NCBI RefSeq assembly: GCF_030028105.1 | Contig: NC_092394.1 | Coordinates: 21,429,939-21,493,938, forward strand | Direction: 5' to 3' | Source: Mobula birostris | Lineage: Eukaryota | DNA: 64,000 nucleotides | Part shown: piece after piece, positions 12,187-25,900 of the stretch | Position numbering within the stretch: position 1 is the first letter of the stretch | How the letters are laid out: each line of letters opens with the position of its first letter | Notes under the pieces: generated by a model | Database searches by the model: none | What the model was told of the DNA's origin: nothing | What the model saw: the letters and a program-made list of their open reading frames with translations, nothing else | Translations under genes and position numbers: made by a program

Positions 12187-15100
12187 TGTAGTGTATTTAA
12201 TATTTCAGTAATATTTGAATAATATTGTAAATATATTGTTTGATTAGGCATTCTTTGTTTACATAATTCATTATGGATCATATGTAAAGTACGTGAATGG
12301 TATACGTCATTACGTCACCATGTCATATGTGAGCACATCACTAAAGAAAAACTAAATACACGAGCAGCCTCAGCTCCCAAGTTTTTGTTATGATTAGTTT
12401 TTGAAGTTACTAAAAAATAACAATGGTGACAAAGGAGTTTGAAAATGAACCCAAAACAACTACCCACCTGTTTAAGCACAGCAAGACGTTCGAGTTTAAA
12501 AACAGTGCATCAAGTTTTTCTTCGGAAGTAAAAAAAAAGGCAGAAAACATAAAATTCATGGGTTCATAAACAGTAAGCACTAGATGGTAATTAAAAAAAA
12601 GCAGAAACATCTGCCTACATCAGAAAGATAGATGCATTTGATTGCACAACGGATAACTGGATAATGTATACTGAATGAATTGAGCAGTATTTTGAAGCAA
12701 ATGAAATAGCCAATGAAAAGCAAATGCCAGTGTTACTGAGTGTAATATATGGAAAAACATGCAGTTTTCTTAGAAGCTTGACTGCTCCAACCATGCCAGC
12801 TAAAATGAGCTTTGCTGTTATTGTGAATGTAACACAGGAACATTTAGAACTGAAAATATTGTTGTTTGCAGAATGCTTTAGGTTTCGTAAGTGAAATCAA
12901 AGGTGGGGGGGTGGAGTACATTTCAGCTAACATGCTGGATTGAAGAGATTGTTTAAACATTGTCAGTTCAGTGATGTGCTTAATGGTGCACTGAGAGATC
13001 AGTTAGTTTGTGGAATCTTACAAGAAAGCATCCAAATATGGCTCCTAACTGAAGCACAACTCACAATTAAAAGAGCAGTTGAAATCACTGTATCAATGAA
13101 ACAGCAGCCAGAGACACAATTGAGTTGTAGTCAGGAATGAAAGTGAGCACGAAAAAAATTGCAACATCTAAACAGAAACGTGCTTGGCTGAACAAATTGT
13201 GTTACTGTTGTGGCATGGTCTCACATACATCAGAAGAATGCAGGTTTAAAGGTGAAACTTACAAATAATGCAAAAATACAAAGAACATGTTGGACGGACA
13301 AAAATAGATGGTCTGCTCAGGGAAGGGAAAAAGATAAATTGTAAAGTTGCAGTTTCAAAAAGAGCATTATTTTGCATGCTGTTGATGAAAGATTTGATAA
13401 TGATGAGAGTGACACAGGACTGAGAAGCATTGAGACTTAAATGCGAAAAATAACATGAAACAAGCAATATGGCTCACAACAGAAGTGAACAGCAAATTAA
13501 TTAAAATGGAATTGGACACTGGCTCGGATGTTTCAGTTATTCCTCAAAATGAGTTTAAATTGCATTTCAAAGATACTGAGTTGATGCCTGCAGATATCCA
13601 ACTAAGAACTTATACAGGAGTAAAGATGAATCCTGCGGAAATGACATTTGTAACAGTGAAATACAACAACCAGAAGCTGAATTGGGTTTGTATGTGGTAA
13701 AAACAGGAGGGCCGGCATTATGAGGCCATGATTGGCTGAGACAACTACAACTTGATTGGAGATCCATTCACAATTTTCATGCCATATCCCCTGCAATAGA
13801 GTCAACTGAAAATGAATTTTGAAAGGTACTGGATAGTGCAACAGTAGTATTCAAGAATGACATATCAAGGGTGCTAAATGAAAGTGCCACGTCCAAGTTT
13901 TACAAATCCCGTCCAATTCCTTATACCATCCTTGATAAAGTAGACAGTGAGCTAGATCACATGGAGGCTGAAAGAATTCTTTTCAAGGTTGAGTGGAATG
14001 CCAGTTGTCCCAACCACCAAGAAGAATGGCTCTTTTGGGATCTGTGATGATTTTAATATCACCATCAACCCAGTACTGAAAGTAGATCAATAACCTCTGC
14101 CCAGGATAGAGGATATGCTTGTAAAACTTTCTGGAGGGAAAACTTCACCAAAGTGAACTTAGCTGAGGCCAACCTACAGACGGAGATCAAAAAGAGTCCA
14201 AAATGTTTCTCAACATAAAAACTCACAAAGGGGTTTATATCAGTATAATAGGCTTATTTTTGGAGAAGCAACTGCACTTGCACTCTGGCAGAAAGTTATG
14301 GGCCAGGTGCTGCAAGTATTACCTAGATTACATCTTTGTTATTGGTGAGAATGAGAAAGAACATCTCCAAAATCTAAAGACATTGTTAAAAAGATTAGAA
14401 GATTATGCACTCGGAGCACAATGCAACAGATCTTTAGATCAGGCATCACAGTGGTGGGTGCCTCAAGGTCAAAGGTTGTGTCACAGTTGCAGTCCTTCTT
14501 AGGATTGTGAGTTACTATAACAGGCTCCTGCCAAACCTGGCTACTGTGCTTCACCTCTTGAACTCATTACTACAGATCAAGAAGAAATGGCTAGGGTCAA
14601 AGCAGTGTGAGGTGGCTTTCCAAAGGCAAAGGAAATAGTGATATCAGACACTGTACTCACATGTCATGCTCCGTATCGTCCAATGAAGCTTGCCTGTAGT
14701 GCTTTGCCTTATGGTATAGAGTAGGTGTATTCATGTCACTTATTATGAGTGATGGGAGTGAACGACCAATAGCCTTCACAATATGTTCTCTTACCACTGC
14801 AGAGAAAAATTCTGCACAGAGAGGCCTTGGATCTGGTTTGCAGTGTAAAACATTTTAGCCAGTACTTGTATGGGAAGAGAGTTTACTGATCATAAATCAA
14901 TAGCGTCCATTTTCAATCCACAGAAGCACAAATGCAGAGATGGGCTCTGTTTCCTGGAGGATACCAGTACAAGATTGAATTTAATGGGGCAACTAATCAT
15001 GGAAGTGCTGATGGATTTTCCTGTTTACCCTTGGAAAAGGAAATACCTGGAAAAAGTACTCTCCTCTTGATGTATCTCCCTAATGCAAATTGAAAGTTGC

Positions 15101-15922
15101 CCTACTATGGCAGAGATGATCGAAATGGAAACTAGAAAAGACCCCAGACTCTCTCAGGTCTATAAGGCCACCCAAAATGGTTGGAATGTACAGCAGAAAT
15201 TCCAGTTTCCCCGTCTTTACCAGCGCCAGGAGGAACTTGCCCTTGATGGGGATTGCCTTACTTTGGAATTGAGAGTTGTTTTACCATCCAAGCTGAGAGC
15301 TAAAGTCTTTGGCGAGCTCCATGCCAGTCATCTCGGTGTGGTCAAAATGAAAGCATTGGCCCGAAGTTTTGTCTTGTGGCTTGGGGTAGATCAGCAGATC
15401 AATCAGCTTGCTATTCACCGTTCAAGATGCCAACACATCCAGAAGGTGCCAAGAGCAGCGCCTCTCCATCCCTGGGAATGGCCTGCAATGCCCTGGCAGA
15501 GTTGACAGGGAAGATAAGTGACGGCCGTCAGAACCACTTCCTGCAGTCTCAAAGTCAACTTCTGCAACCACCACAGAGGAGGCCCCAGCACCTGAGATTG
15601 TTTCACAGCTACAAGTCTCACCAGCCAAGCAGAGTGACCACACCCCCCCCACCCCCCAGACGTTAGCCCGCAAGAGTAAGAAATCCTCCACAGCGGTTAA
15701 ATCATTAGGCCTGAATTGGAGAATTTAAAATGAGGTGGATGTCTATATAGTAGTTGTATTATATAGTATACTGATATACTATGAGGATGAAAAAGAAGTA
15801 TACTGTATATAATATATATATCATTATGCCACCACGTCATGTGGCCGCCTCACTAAAAAAAATGAGTATACGAGTATCCCAGACACCCATTTTTTTTCAA
15901 TTCGTTTCTATGGTTATAAAAC
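12187..15922 (+). mobile_element. Decayed Ty3/Gypsy LTR retrotransposon
   Basis: 5' LTR TG..CA 12187-12422, PBS-like tggtgacaaagga, gag (LRDQLVCG, Cys/His knuckle ~13200), protease MELDTGS, RT/RNaseH remnants, integrase zinc region ELHASHLGVVKMKALARS; purine tract ~15782 and shortened 3' LTR; many stops. Confidence 0.88.
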
Positions 15923-16055
15923 ATAGAACCAGGGTTTATCTCAGGATGCAGGGTAAGACATTTAGGACTGCATTGAGGAGAAATTACTTCACTCACCAGT
16001 TGGTGACCCTTTAAAATGCTACACTACCTATGGAGGTGCAAGAAAAGTTGTTGTA

Positions 16056-16897
16056 TACACTCTGTGACCACTTTATTAGACGTTATTAATGTAAATATCT
16101 AATCAACCAATCAATGGCAGCAACTCAATGCATGATAGAAACATGCTAACGTGGTCAAGAGGTTAGGTTGGACAGACCAAACATCAGAATGGGAACGATA
16201 TGTGATCTAAGTGACTTTGACTGTGGAATGATTGTTAGTGCTAGACAGGGTAGTTTGAGTATCTCAGAAACTGCTGGCTCCTTGGGATTTTCACACCTAA
16301 TGGTTTTTAGAGTTTACAGAAAATGGCATGAAAACAAACAAAAAAAAGCATATTCAGTGAGTGATGGTTCTGTGGGTGAAAATGCCTTGTTAATGTATGA
16401 CACACACAGAACACTGGAGGAGCTAGGTCCACTCTCCTCTCTTATCAGATTCCTCCCCCTCCAGCACTTTACCTGTCCCAACCACTTAGCTTCACCAATC
16501 ACCTTCTAGCTAATCCTCCTTCCCCCTACCCGCAACCTTTTATTCTGGCATTTTTTCACTCCCTTTCCAGGCCTGAAGAAGGGTCTCAGCCAGAAACATC
16601 GACAGTTTTGTTTCATTTCATAGATGCTGCCTGACCTGCTGAGTTATTCCAGCATTTTTGTGCACGTTGCTTTATATGTTGCTACTTACTTTCCTTGATT
16701 TTAAAGTTACATATCAATACAACTCTGAAGTTCCATCTGGTGACACATGGTGACACATAACGACGCATTCCAACAGCGGTGTGCAGAAGAGCATCTGTTG
16801 AAGTGGATGGGCTACAGCAGCTGAAAACTGCGAGTGTTCACTCAGTTGCCACTTTATTGGGTACAGGAAGCGCCTAAAAATGTGGCCACTGAGTGTA
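16056..16897 (+). mobile_element. Non-autonomous Tc1 transposon derivative
   Basis: TA-flanked TIRs cactc(t/a)gtg(a/g)ccac; N-terminal HTH DLSDFDCGMIVSARQGSLSISETA; no DDE domain seen. Confidence 0.8.
16399..16671 (+). mobile_element. Penelope pseudo-LTR fragment nested in a Tc1 derivative, with degenerate hammerhead at 16570-16603
   Basis: Pyrimidine-rich leader, then CTGAAGA AGGGTCTCAGCCA GAAAC ATC GAC and the family tail gatgctgcctgacctgctgag. Confidence 0.65.
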
Positions 16898-18198
16898 TGT
16901 TCAAAAAGGGGAAAGATAGATCTCTAAACACAAAATGCATTAGAAAGCATTGGGGAATTGAGATAGAGAATCAGTTCTGATGATATTGAATGCTCAGATA
17001 AGCTCAAAGGGCTAAAAACCCTATTTTTCTGTTTCTCATGTGACCAGTCCAGTCAGATCATGAGAAATACTTCGGAGGTCAGAAGCATCTGTGGAGAAAG
17101 AAACTTAACGTTTCAGATCTCCAGCAGTTCCTGGTTTACTTGAGGTTTTCAGTTAGGTCGTTAGTTGGTGATTGATGAGTGTTGTTGCATGAATGAAATC
17201 AATGGAGAAAAGCACTGGTAAATATGAAATAGCTTCTTTATTTGACAAAACGAGGTACAGCAGGCATCCTATGGAAACACTTTCAGTTGAAAGGTCTAAC
17301 TGGCCCAACGTGGGGCTCAATATCTTATGTGCTAAACATCCAAGGATAATTCCATATTTACCAGGTATGGAGGATGCTTTCTTTGAAACTACACACAACT
17401 TCACACCTCTTGATTATCACCCACACCATAGACATCCAAGTAAATTTTCATCGGCATTGTCTGGTCTGGGATTCATGGCTTTTAGGAGCTCATTGTTCAG
17501 AGCTGCACTCCAAATTAAATCCAAAATACATATTCAGATGTGAAGACTGGGAGCCAAAGTCATTCGCTAAACCCAAAAATCGCACTCGCAAAGAGACTCA
17601 AACCAGTCACAGTGTTGCATGTGATCATAACCCTACAGGAATACCTTAGGTGCATTAGAGCTAAAAACAAATTCTCTTTATTAAGTGCTATTTGCCCATT
17701 TGGACCCAAAATCAAAAGACAGAATCTATCTCCAAGAGCTTCACTGAATGCTCCGAAGCAGTGAATCTGATGACGCCTGAGTGCAGAAGGCATTTGGCAC
17801 TAATGACACCAGTGAAGAGCTAGTCAAAAAAGAAGCATCTTACCAGAAGCTTTGAGGTAAGTACTGAGACATCATTGCATGCCGGTGATGCATTCACAAG
17901 TCTAAATTAGCAACAGCAATTCTCTATGTGTGTTCATAGATTTTCACACATTTAAAGATACATTTGTACCAAATAGGAAGTCATTCAGCTAAAGTAGATT
18001 GCAACAGTGTGTTGAAATTCTCAATTTACTATTAACTAACAGTGGAAATGTTAAATGAATTGGTTGGATATTTATGTATCATGATGCCTACTGTGCAGAA
18101 TAAATTTCAGCTGAACTTCCTTTTGCTTAAAATATAAAGCAGAGCCGACTTTCCATACAAAATCCACACTGAGTAGAACACAGCCCTGTATAAAAGTC

Positions 18199-18504
18199 GG
18201 GTGCGATGGTAGTGTAGCAGATAGAGTGACGCCATTACAGCTCATGGCATTCCGGAGTTTGGAGTTCGATTCCAGCACTCTTCTGTAAGGAGTCTCTGTA
18301 CGTCCTCCCCGTGGAATGTATGGCCTTCCCCAGGTGCTCCAGCTTCCTCCCACCGTCCAAAGGTGTACCGGGTAGATTAACTGGTCATTGTAAATTGTCC
18401 TGTCATTAGATTAGGGTCAAATTGTGGTCATGGGGTTGCTGGGGCAGTGTGGCTCAAAGCCTTACTCTGTACTGTATCGCTGAACTAAATAAATAAATAA
18501 ATAA
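18199..18504 (+). mobile_element. Full-length HE1-like V-SINE with (TAAA)n tail
   Basis: B box ggagttcgattcc, V-domain, tail aaataaataaataa followed by (GCAA)n. Confidence 0.8.
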
Positions 18505-19676
18505 GCAAGCAAGCAAGCAAGCAAGCCCTATCCCCTATCAGTCGTTTCTATTTTCAGAGTTACCACAGATGCAAGACAACATACTGACCTGTGGCAAACG
18601 ACCATTGAAAAGTGCTGTACAAGTAATGGAACTTCAAAGATGAACCCAGGACCAGAGACACTGGAAGCAAAATCTGCCAGACCAAAGCACAAGATGTGGG
18701 AATTGAAAGCCAATTGTTAAATGTCCCTTCAGTGCTTTGAAAACACATCAACAATATTAAGTTTGGCCAAACTGCACAAGAGCTCACCCATACGGCACAC
18801 TTTCAGGAAGGATAAAGAAATGATAGAGACAGTGAGCATCTTATTACCGAGGTAATGAGATGCTACGCTTGCTTTACGGGGTACCCAAGATGTCTGCGAT
18901 CATGATGAGGGAGGGTGGAATTTTTGCACAAAGGTGTTAATTTGCTTTGTGAATGATTAAAAATATCCATTGTCACTTCAGAGGGACGCTAGATCAAAAT
19001 ACCTAAGAACCTTCGACAGTGATTTACCATACAAAGATAATACAATCTACAACAACTAGATTAGAAAATGGATTTAGTTGTGCAAACTTAGTAAGACCAT
19101 AAGACACAGGAGCAGAATTAGACCATTCACTCTATTGAGTCTGCTCGGTCTACTGATAACTAAATCAAAACCAGAAACTTTCATTCAGTCTGTATTTCCG
19201 CTAATACTTATTGACTTCATGGGTCTTTAATTGACACACAGAATTTTGAACTATGCTTGAAGAATTTACTTTCATGTCACATGTCTCCAGGTTAAACCAG
19301 AGCCCAGAATTAACACTGAACCTAATTATCATAGAATCTGGGATAATTTGTCTCTTCTACAGATTTGAAAATGAGATTGGTTTTGTGGATTATGGCCCTG
19401 AACTTGTTCCCAGTGTTGACTTGGCAAATCAATCGCTAGCTTTGGCAGTTCAGCCATTGTTGACTTGTTGCTCAGATTTGCTGGATCTGCAGTATTTTGC
19501 TTTCCCAGTGTTCCACATCTCACATTCTGTCAGCAATTTTTCTTTTATATTTATTTTTATTTCTCCTTCTTTGCTTTTATTCATCTCCTATTTACACTTA
19601 GTCCAGACATATCATCTGCAAATAACAGGTCACCACCACCGTTTGAGTCTTAAGTTGCTCTTGATTGCCACTGTAT

Positions 19677-19860
19677 GAAAGACACAAGATATTCTGCAGC
19701 TGCAGGAAATCCAGAGTAACTCGCAGAAACCTCTGGATGAATTGAGCAGGGCGGGCAATATCTATGGAGAGGAATAAGCGTTTGATGTTTTGGCCTGAGA
19801 CCCTGAAACTCTGTTTACCTCTCTACGGATGCTAGCTTAGCTAGTATTTTCAATGTCACC
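19677..19860 (-). mobile_element. Degenerate Penelope/hammerhead-family copy (further decayed copies near 1-85, 17066, 24175, 26020, 50958, 57147, 57990)
   Basis: Shared motifs ctgcagatgctggaaat / ctggaggaactcagcagg / gtttc..gccgagaccct, recognisable with mismatches. Confidence 0.5.
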
Positions 19861-20028
19861 TTTTTTATTTCATGTAGCTTTCTGCACTTCAAGCATTAAA
19901 TAAATTAAAAACAAATTCCTAGGTCAAATAAAGTATCTCCAAAGGGTTCATGGAGAATATTTTCAAAGATGTTATTGGAAGTTGTCTGTGATGCTGGTAT
20001 GATCACAGTGAAGCAGAATCAGGGGATT

Positions 20029-20042
20029 GCGCCACCTGCTGG
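20029..20042 (-). promoter_or_regulatory. CTCF core motif
   Basis: Reverse complement CCAGCAGGTGGCGC matches the CTCF consensus CCASYAGRKGGCRS. Confidence 0.55.
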
Positions 20043-20227
20043 TGTTAGCAGCATTACACCACAATCTGACAGAGACTGCAAATGCTTGAATCTCCTGCAG
20101 AGACCAACTGCAGGAGGAGCGCAGCATTTCAGTGAAGGATTTGTCAATGGTGAAGGGTGAAGACCCTTCATCTATACACCAGACCATCTTAAAGCCTGCA
20201 AAGAGTTTGAAACCAATTGGATTCACT

Positions 20228-20590
20228 GTTCAAAGTTCAACATAAATTTAATATCAAAGTATGTATACTACCCAGAGATTCATTTTCTTGCAGGTATTTA
20301 CAGGAAAGTAAAGAAATACAATAGAATTTAAGAAAAAAGATACATAATAAAGACTGACAAACATTCAATGTCCAAAAGAGTAGAAATGGTGTAAATAATA
20401 AATAAAATATAAATAAATAATACTGAGGATATAAGTTGTAGAGTTCTTGAAAGTGTTCATAGGTTGTGGAGTCAGTTCAGTGTTGAGGTGAATGAAGTTA
20501 TCTACGCTGGTTCAGGAACCTGATGATTGAATGGTGCTAACCACTCCTGAACTTGCTGGTGTGGGACATAAGGCTCCCGTAGCCCTTGTC
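20228..20590 (-). mobile_element. Rex1-type LINE 3' end
   Basis: Similar to 670-1010; ttcaaagttcaacataaattt tail. Confidence 0.7.
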
Positions 20591-20594
20591 CAAT

Positions 20595-20930
20595 GGCAGA
20601 AGTGAGACGGCTTTTCCCCAGAGTTGAAATGGCTAGCATGAGAGGACATAGTTTTAAGGTGCTCGGAAGTAGGTACAGAGGAGAGGTCAGGGGTAAGTTT
20701 TCTTACACAGAGAGTGGTGAGTGCGTGGAATGGGCTACTGGTGACAGTGGTGGAGACGTATCTTGTAAGGATCTTGTAGGGTCTTGTAAGGGACTCCTGG
20801 ATAGGTACATGGAGCTTAGAAAAACAGAGGGCTATGGGTAACCCTAGCTAATTTCTAAAGTAAGTACATGTTTGGCATTGTGAGCCGAAGGGCCTGTATT
20901 GTGCTGTAAATTTTCTACGTTTCTATGATC
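20595..20930 (+). mobile_element. CR1 3' end (tail repeated at about 21250-21380)
   Basis: LFPRVEMASMRGHSFKV motif; gagccgaagggcctgtattgtgctgta. Confidence 0.8.
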
Positions 20931-21096
20931 TCACCTGATTATTTCTTTCTCATGACAACAGAACAGCAATCCTCGCTGAGCCAATAAACTGATGCAAGAC
21001 TGACACTCTCAAATTTTATACTTTACATAATTGTTTGCAGTAATCTTAACATTGCAGTCTCCATTTACCTATCTGTCACAGTACCCTGGGAAATAA

Positions 21097-21248
21097 GCAC
21101 ACAACATGCTGGAGGAACTCAGCAGGCCAGTGAGCATCTATGGAAAAGAGTAAACAGTCAATGTTTAAGCCTGAACCCATCACCAGGAGACCTGCTGAAG
21201 GGTCTCAGCCCGAAACTTTGACTGTTTTCTCTTTTTCATGGATGTTAC
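21097..21248. mobile_element. Degenerate inverted-pair copy of the Penelope/hammerhead family
   Basis: gctggaggaactcagcagg...agcatctatggaaaagag and ctgctgaagggtctcagcccgaaac. Confidence 0.6.
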
Positions 21249-22264
21249 ATGCAGCTTAGAAAAATAGACGGCTGTGGATAACCCTAGGTAATTTCTAGAG
21301 AAAGTACATGTTCGGCACAGCATTGTGAGCCGAAGGGCCTGCATTGTGCTGTAGATTTTCTATGTTTCTACATTTCTAAGAAAGTATGGCCTGGACAATG
21401 GATGTTTCTTTCTTGTAGCAGCCCTCCATGTAAATGGAAGCAGATTATGAAAGGAGACCATTGCTCAGGGAGCTTCCCTCTACCATGTCAGTATTTCCAG
21501 TCGTGTTCACTTATTTTTGAAGTAGTACACAAGAACGCAGTTTTTGTAAAAAGTTTAACTACTCTCACTTACGCAACTCAGCACCGCTGCCTCCACTAGT
21601 CACTGATGCTTTAATGACTTCAAATTTGTCAGTTAACAGACTGATCTATTAAAATACAAAGTAATTAGTTTTCAGCTTTTTGATATTTCCAAGACCAAAA
21701 CATCAGGTAGTACTGCTGCCTCGCAGTTTGGGAGACCAACATCCAGACTTTATCTCCAGAGCTGTCTGTGTGGAGTGTCCACATTTTTCAGAGTTGATAA
21801 GCTGGAGGGCTTGTTTCCCTCCTCCATGACTCTAAGTAATCTTAAAAGTTATTTCTTCTGATTTCCCTCACTTCCTGATTTTCTACATTCACATTTTCTT
21901 TTGCTGTTTAAGTTTGCCAATTAATGACATTTTTATACTCTTGGATCCCCTGAGAGAAATGTTTCCAATTTTCTGGCAAAAGTTTGAAAAACAGTAAAAT
22001 CTTCATTATTTCTAAAGCCCTAACCCAAATTGGCAACAATGCAGATAACACTTAATCCACGATATCATATCTCTTCTGTAATGAGCTGAATCATCTGATC
22101 TCTTTTCTTCTTGATTTTCTAACCTTCCTCTTGGCACATGTGGGGCTTTACCCTCTGCCAGCCCAGTTCCAGACCACAGATCAATCATGTAGCAAACCAA
22201 TCACATCCCTGGATTACAGCAGGTTACCAGAGTTTGTGTATTCAATAGCATGACTAAAATATTT

Positions 22265-22820
22265 AGAGTCATAGAGCCATAGATAAGTACAGCACAGAAC
22301 CAGGTCCTGTGGCTGATCTGGTCCGTTCTGAACCATTTAAACTGCCTACTCCCATTGACCTGCACCGCGACCATAGCCTTCCATACCCCAACCAATCATG
22401 TACCTATCCAAACTTCTCTTAAACATTGAAATCAAGCTCACATGCACCACTTGTGCTGGCAGCTCATTCCATGCTATCATGACCCTCTGAGTGAGGAACT
22501 TTCCCCTCATGTTCCCCTTAAACCTTTCACCTTTCGCCATTATCCCATGATCTCTGGTTATAGTCCCACGAACCTCAGTGGGAAAAGCTTACTTGCACTT
22601 ACCCTATCTATATCCCTCATAATTTTGTGTATCTCTTTCAAATCTCCTCTCACTCTTTTACAGTCCAAGGAATAAAGTCCTAACCTACTCAATCTTTCCC
22701 TATAACTCATGTCCTCCTGACCCAGCAAAGTCCTTGTAAGTTTTCTCTGTACTCTTTCAACCTTATTTACATCTTTCCTAAGGGTAGGTGACCAAAACTG
22801 CACACAGTGCTCCAAATTTA
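22265..22820 (-). mobile_element. CR1 3' fragment
   Basis: EHCVQFWSP..ERVQRKLTR and FLTQRVMIAWNELP motifs. Confidence 0.88.
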
Positions 22821-23899
22821 TGTTGTTTCAGCCGCTGGTCCTCTAGAAGTGGATATGGCTGCTGACTTTTGCAAATATTTATATGTTAAAATAAACTTTA
22901 TCCATAATAAATAACTTATTTAGAAGAATAAACCCTGCAATATCATTTCATCCTTATATTCATTGTCAATGTATTAAGTAGTGTTCTAAGACATTCCCTA
23001 AAACCAATGGTTTTGTTGCCACTTGTGCCCTGCTAGGGTGGGACACGACTGCAATAATTGAGCGGCTTCCTTGCCCAACCTTTTGCACATTGGATGTTTG
23101 TCAGTCTTTGTTGTGTGTGGTTTTTAGTAGTTTCTATTGTGTTTCCTTGTTTTGTGGGTGCCTTCAAGATGAATCTCAAGGTTGTATGTGGCATGCATAC
23201 TTTGAAAATCAATTTGAACTTCGAACCTGGTCCCGCACTGTAATTCTCCACCAAGCCCTTGCGGTGGCTGAACCAAACTTCAGTGCATTACCTCCTCCTA
23301 CAGCCTGGAATGTGCCAGTTAGCAGTATTCCTTGGGTTGGGGCGAGCGACAGGCATGCATGGTACCTTCATTGTGACTTGTGCAAATTAATGTAATTTAT
23401 AAGGGAAGTGGTATTTTCCACAATTTTGTCTTTCCAGTCAACAGCTCAGTCATAGTCTTTTGAGGTGCACCTCACACTTAAGTCAGCCTTTGGTAATCAC
23501 ACAACTAATGAATGAGATCTGTCGCATGGAACTTAGTTATGCAGAACTTAAATGATTTATGGCCGAATAAACATTTAATCTATGCTAAATTAATTCAGAA
23601 TCCAAGAATCTCTCATTATAACGTCTTTGAAATGCTTTGATAGACTGTTAATTAGAAGGCCCCAGGAAGCTGACAGTTTTCTTAAAATATTGTTTTATAT
23701 CCAAAGTTGCATTTGGAATATTGGCTTCCACTTAAACATTATATCAACAAAAATATTTTTAAAAATAGGTTATTGAACAATGCAAAAGATATGATTCTGC
23801 TTTTGAACAACTTATGAATCAATTTGATCTGTTTTGTACAGTTACTAATAAACCTCAACGCAGGATTTTTGAACAATTGTGGAATCAAACAGAAGCCAA

Positions 23900-24175
23900 A
23901 GGTATTAGTCATAGTCATAATCATACTTTATTGATCCTGGGGGAAATTGATTTTCGTTACGGTTGCACCATAAATAATAAATAGTAATAAAACCATAAAT
24001 GGTTAAATAGTAATATGTAAATTATGCCAGGAAATAAGTCCAGGACCAGCATATTGGCTCAGGGTGTCTGACCCTCCAAGGGAGGAGTTGTAAAGTTTGA
24101 TGGCCACAGGCAGGAATGACTTCCTATGACGCTCTGTGCTGCATCTCAGAGGAATGAGTCTCTGGCTGAATGTAA
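23900..24175 (-). mobile_element. Rex1/L2-type LINE 3' end
   Basis: Tail gtcatagtcataatcatactttattgatcc. Confidence 0.5.
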
Positions 24176-24417
24176 GTGCTGAAGGAACTCAGCAAGTCAG
24201 GCAGCATCTATGGAATGGAATACATTTAGGGCACTTCATCAGGACTGGACTTTCCACTGTAAGGTCAGGAGTGGGGATGGTTGCTGACTAATACACTGTG
24301 TTCAGTTCCATTCTCGACTCCGCTACAAATGAAGCAGCCCAGGCCTCTTGGGGGAAAGATTAACACATGGATTTTGGACAGTGGAGAAGCAGTATATTTT
24401 TTTTTAAAAATGAAATA

Positions 24418-24992
24418 TACACCCAGTGGGCTCTTTATTAGGTATATCTGTTCACCTGTATATTAATGCAAATATCTAGTCAACCAATCATGTGGCAGCA
24501 ACTCAATGCTGACATGGTCAATAGGTTCAGTTGTTCATATCAAATATCAGAATGTGGAAGTAATGTGATCTAAGTAACTTTGACTGTAGAATGATTGTTG
24601 GTGCCAGACAGGGTGGTTTGAGTATCTCAGAAACTGCAGACCTCCTAGGATTTTCATGTACAACAGTTGCTACAGCAAGGGTTCCATGGGTGCCTTGCTT
24701 AATGGTACTTGTCCACAGCATAAAAATGGCCTTCTTTCAAGTTAACAGAGAATGGTATGACAAAACAACATCCAGTGAATGGCATTCAGTGGGTGAAAGT
24801 GAGGAGAATGGCCAAACTGGCTCAGTCTAATGGGAAGGTGACAGCAATTCAATAACCATGTGTAACAACAGAGATGTGCAGAAGAGCATCTCTGAACGCA
24901 CAACAAGTCGAACATTGAAGTGGATTGGCTAGAGCAGCAGAGCACCACACCAGGTTTCATTCCTGTACCTAACAAAGTGACCACTGAGTATA
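24418..24992 (+). mobile_element. Non-autonomous Tc1 derivative containing a hAT MITE fragment
   Basis: TIRs with TA ends; MIVGARQGGLSISETADLLGFS; MITE core at ~24675-24726. Confidence 0.8.
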
Positions 24993-25446
24993 AATGTAAT
25001 GAAGTAGCAAAACACAGAGTTAATTTTTAATCACTTCAGTCCCCCTAGGAGCTCTGTAATTCCTGTTGTTTCGTTCACACCTGAGTTTTAAAGCTGATGT
25101 AATAGTTCAGGACAGCACCCAGAAGATAAAGGTCTGAACAGAGTGAGAATGAAGTGAAGACTGGAATGCTTTGGGCAGGCTTACTCAAACTGAAGTCACT
25201 TTGGGTCTTGATTCCACAAGTTTAGCAACGTAGATAATCATATGACTTTGTACTGATCTTATTTTCTAAACTCACGTCAGACATTTGCTTGTACGTTGAT
25301 TTCTGAAGTCTGCTGCAAGCACTTGGGGGGACCTTTTATTTAAGTTTTACATTCTCTTTTGGAATGTTAAATGAATCATTTTGTATTTTAAGTTGTATAA
25401 TCTGTTCTTTGGCCTCAAGTTGCTGTACAGCTGACCTATTACATGT

Positions 25447-25465
25447 TGACCAGCAGGGGGAGCCA
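25447..25465 (+). promoter_or_regulatory. CTCF-like motif
   Basis: TGACCAGCAGGGGGAGCCA, one mismatch to the core consensus. Confidence 0.5.
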
Positions 25466-25671
25466 GGAACAGATATAAAAAGATAGCTGCAGACCAGTAA
25501 CAGATCTTGGTGTTAGAATAATGGCCATTGCAGTGTAGACAAGTTAAAACTGGCCTGGCCCAAGTACAGCAAATGTTCCATCAATTGTTTTTGAAAGAAT
25601 GAGTGATCAGCAATATTGTTATTATAATTAAACCTCCACAGTTGAAAACAAGATCAATGAATAACTAAAAT

Positions 25672-25900
25672 GACACGGTATTGTAGCAGTTAGCGTCAAT
25701 TCCTGCCATTTTCTACAAGGTATGTGTACATTCTCCCCATCACTGCAAGGGTTTCCTATGAATGCTTAGGATTCCAAAGGTGTTTGAGTTAGTAGCTTAA
25801 TTTGTCACATGGGTGCATTGAGCAGCACGGGTTTGCTGGGCCAGAAAGACCTGTTACTGTGTTGTATTTTTAAATTAAAATTGGAATTAAATTAAATTAG
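25672..25900 (+). mobile_element. Degenerate HE1-like SINE
   Basis: acacggtattgtagcagttagcg head; gggccagaaagacctgttactgtgttgtat tail. Confidence 0.55.

Noticed and set aside
18199-18280. tRNA-like A/B boxes (also 9312, 10500, 31030)
   Set aside because: These are SINE heads followed by SINE body; no clean cloverleaf, so not tRNA genes.
19253-19678. 141-aa hydrophobic ORF
   Set aside because: Composition is driven by a T-rich tract; no recognisable domain or supporting exon structure.
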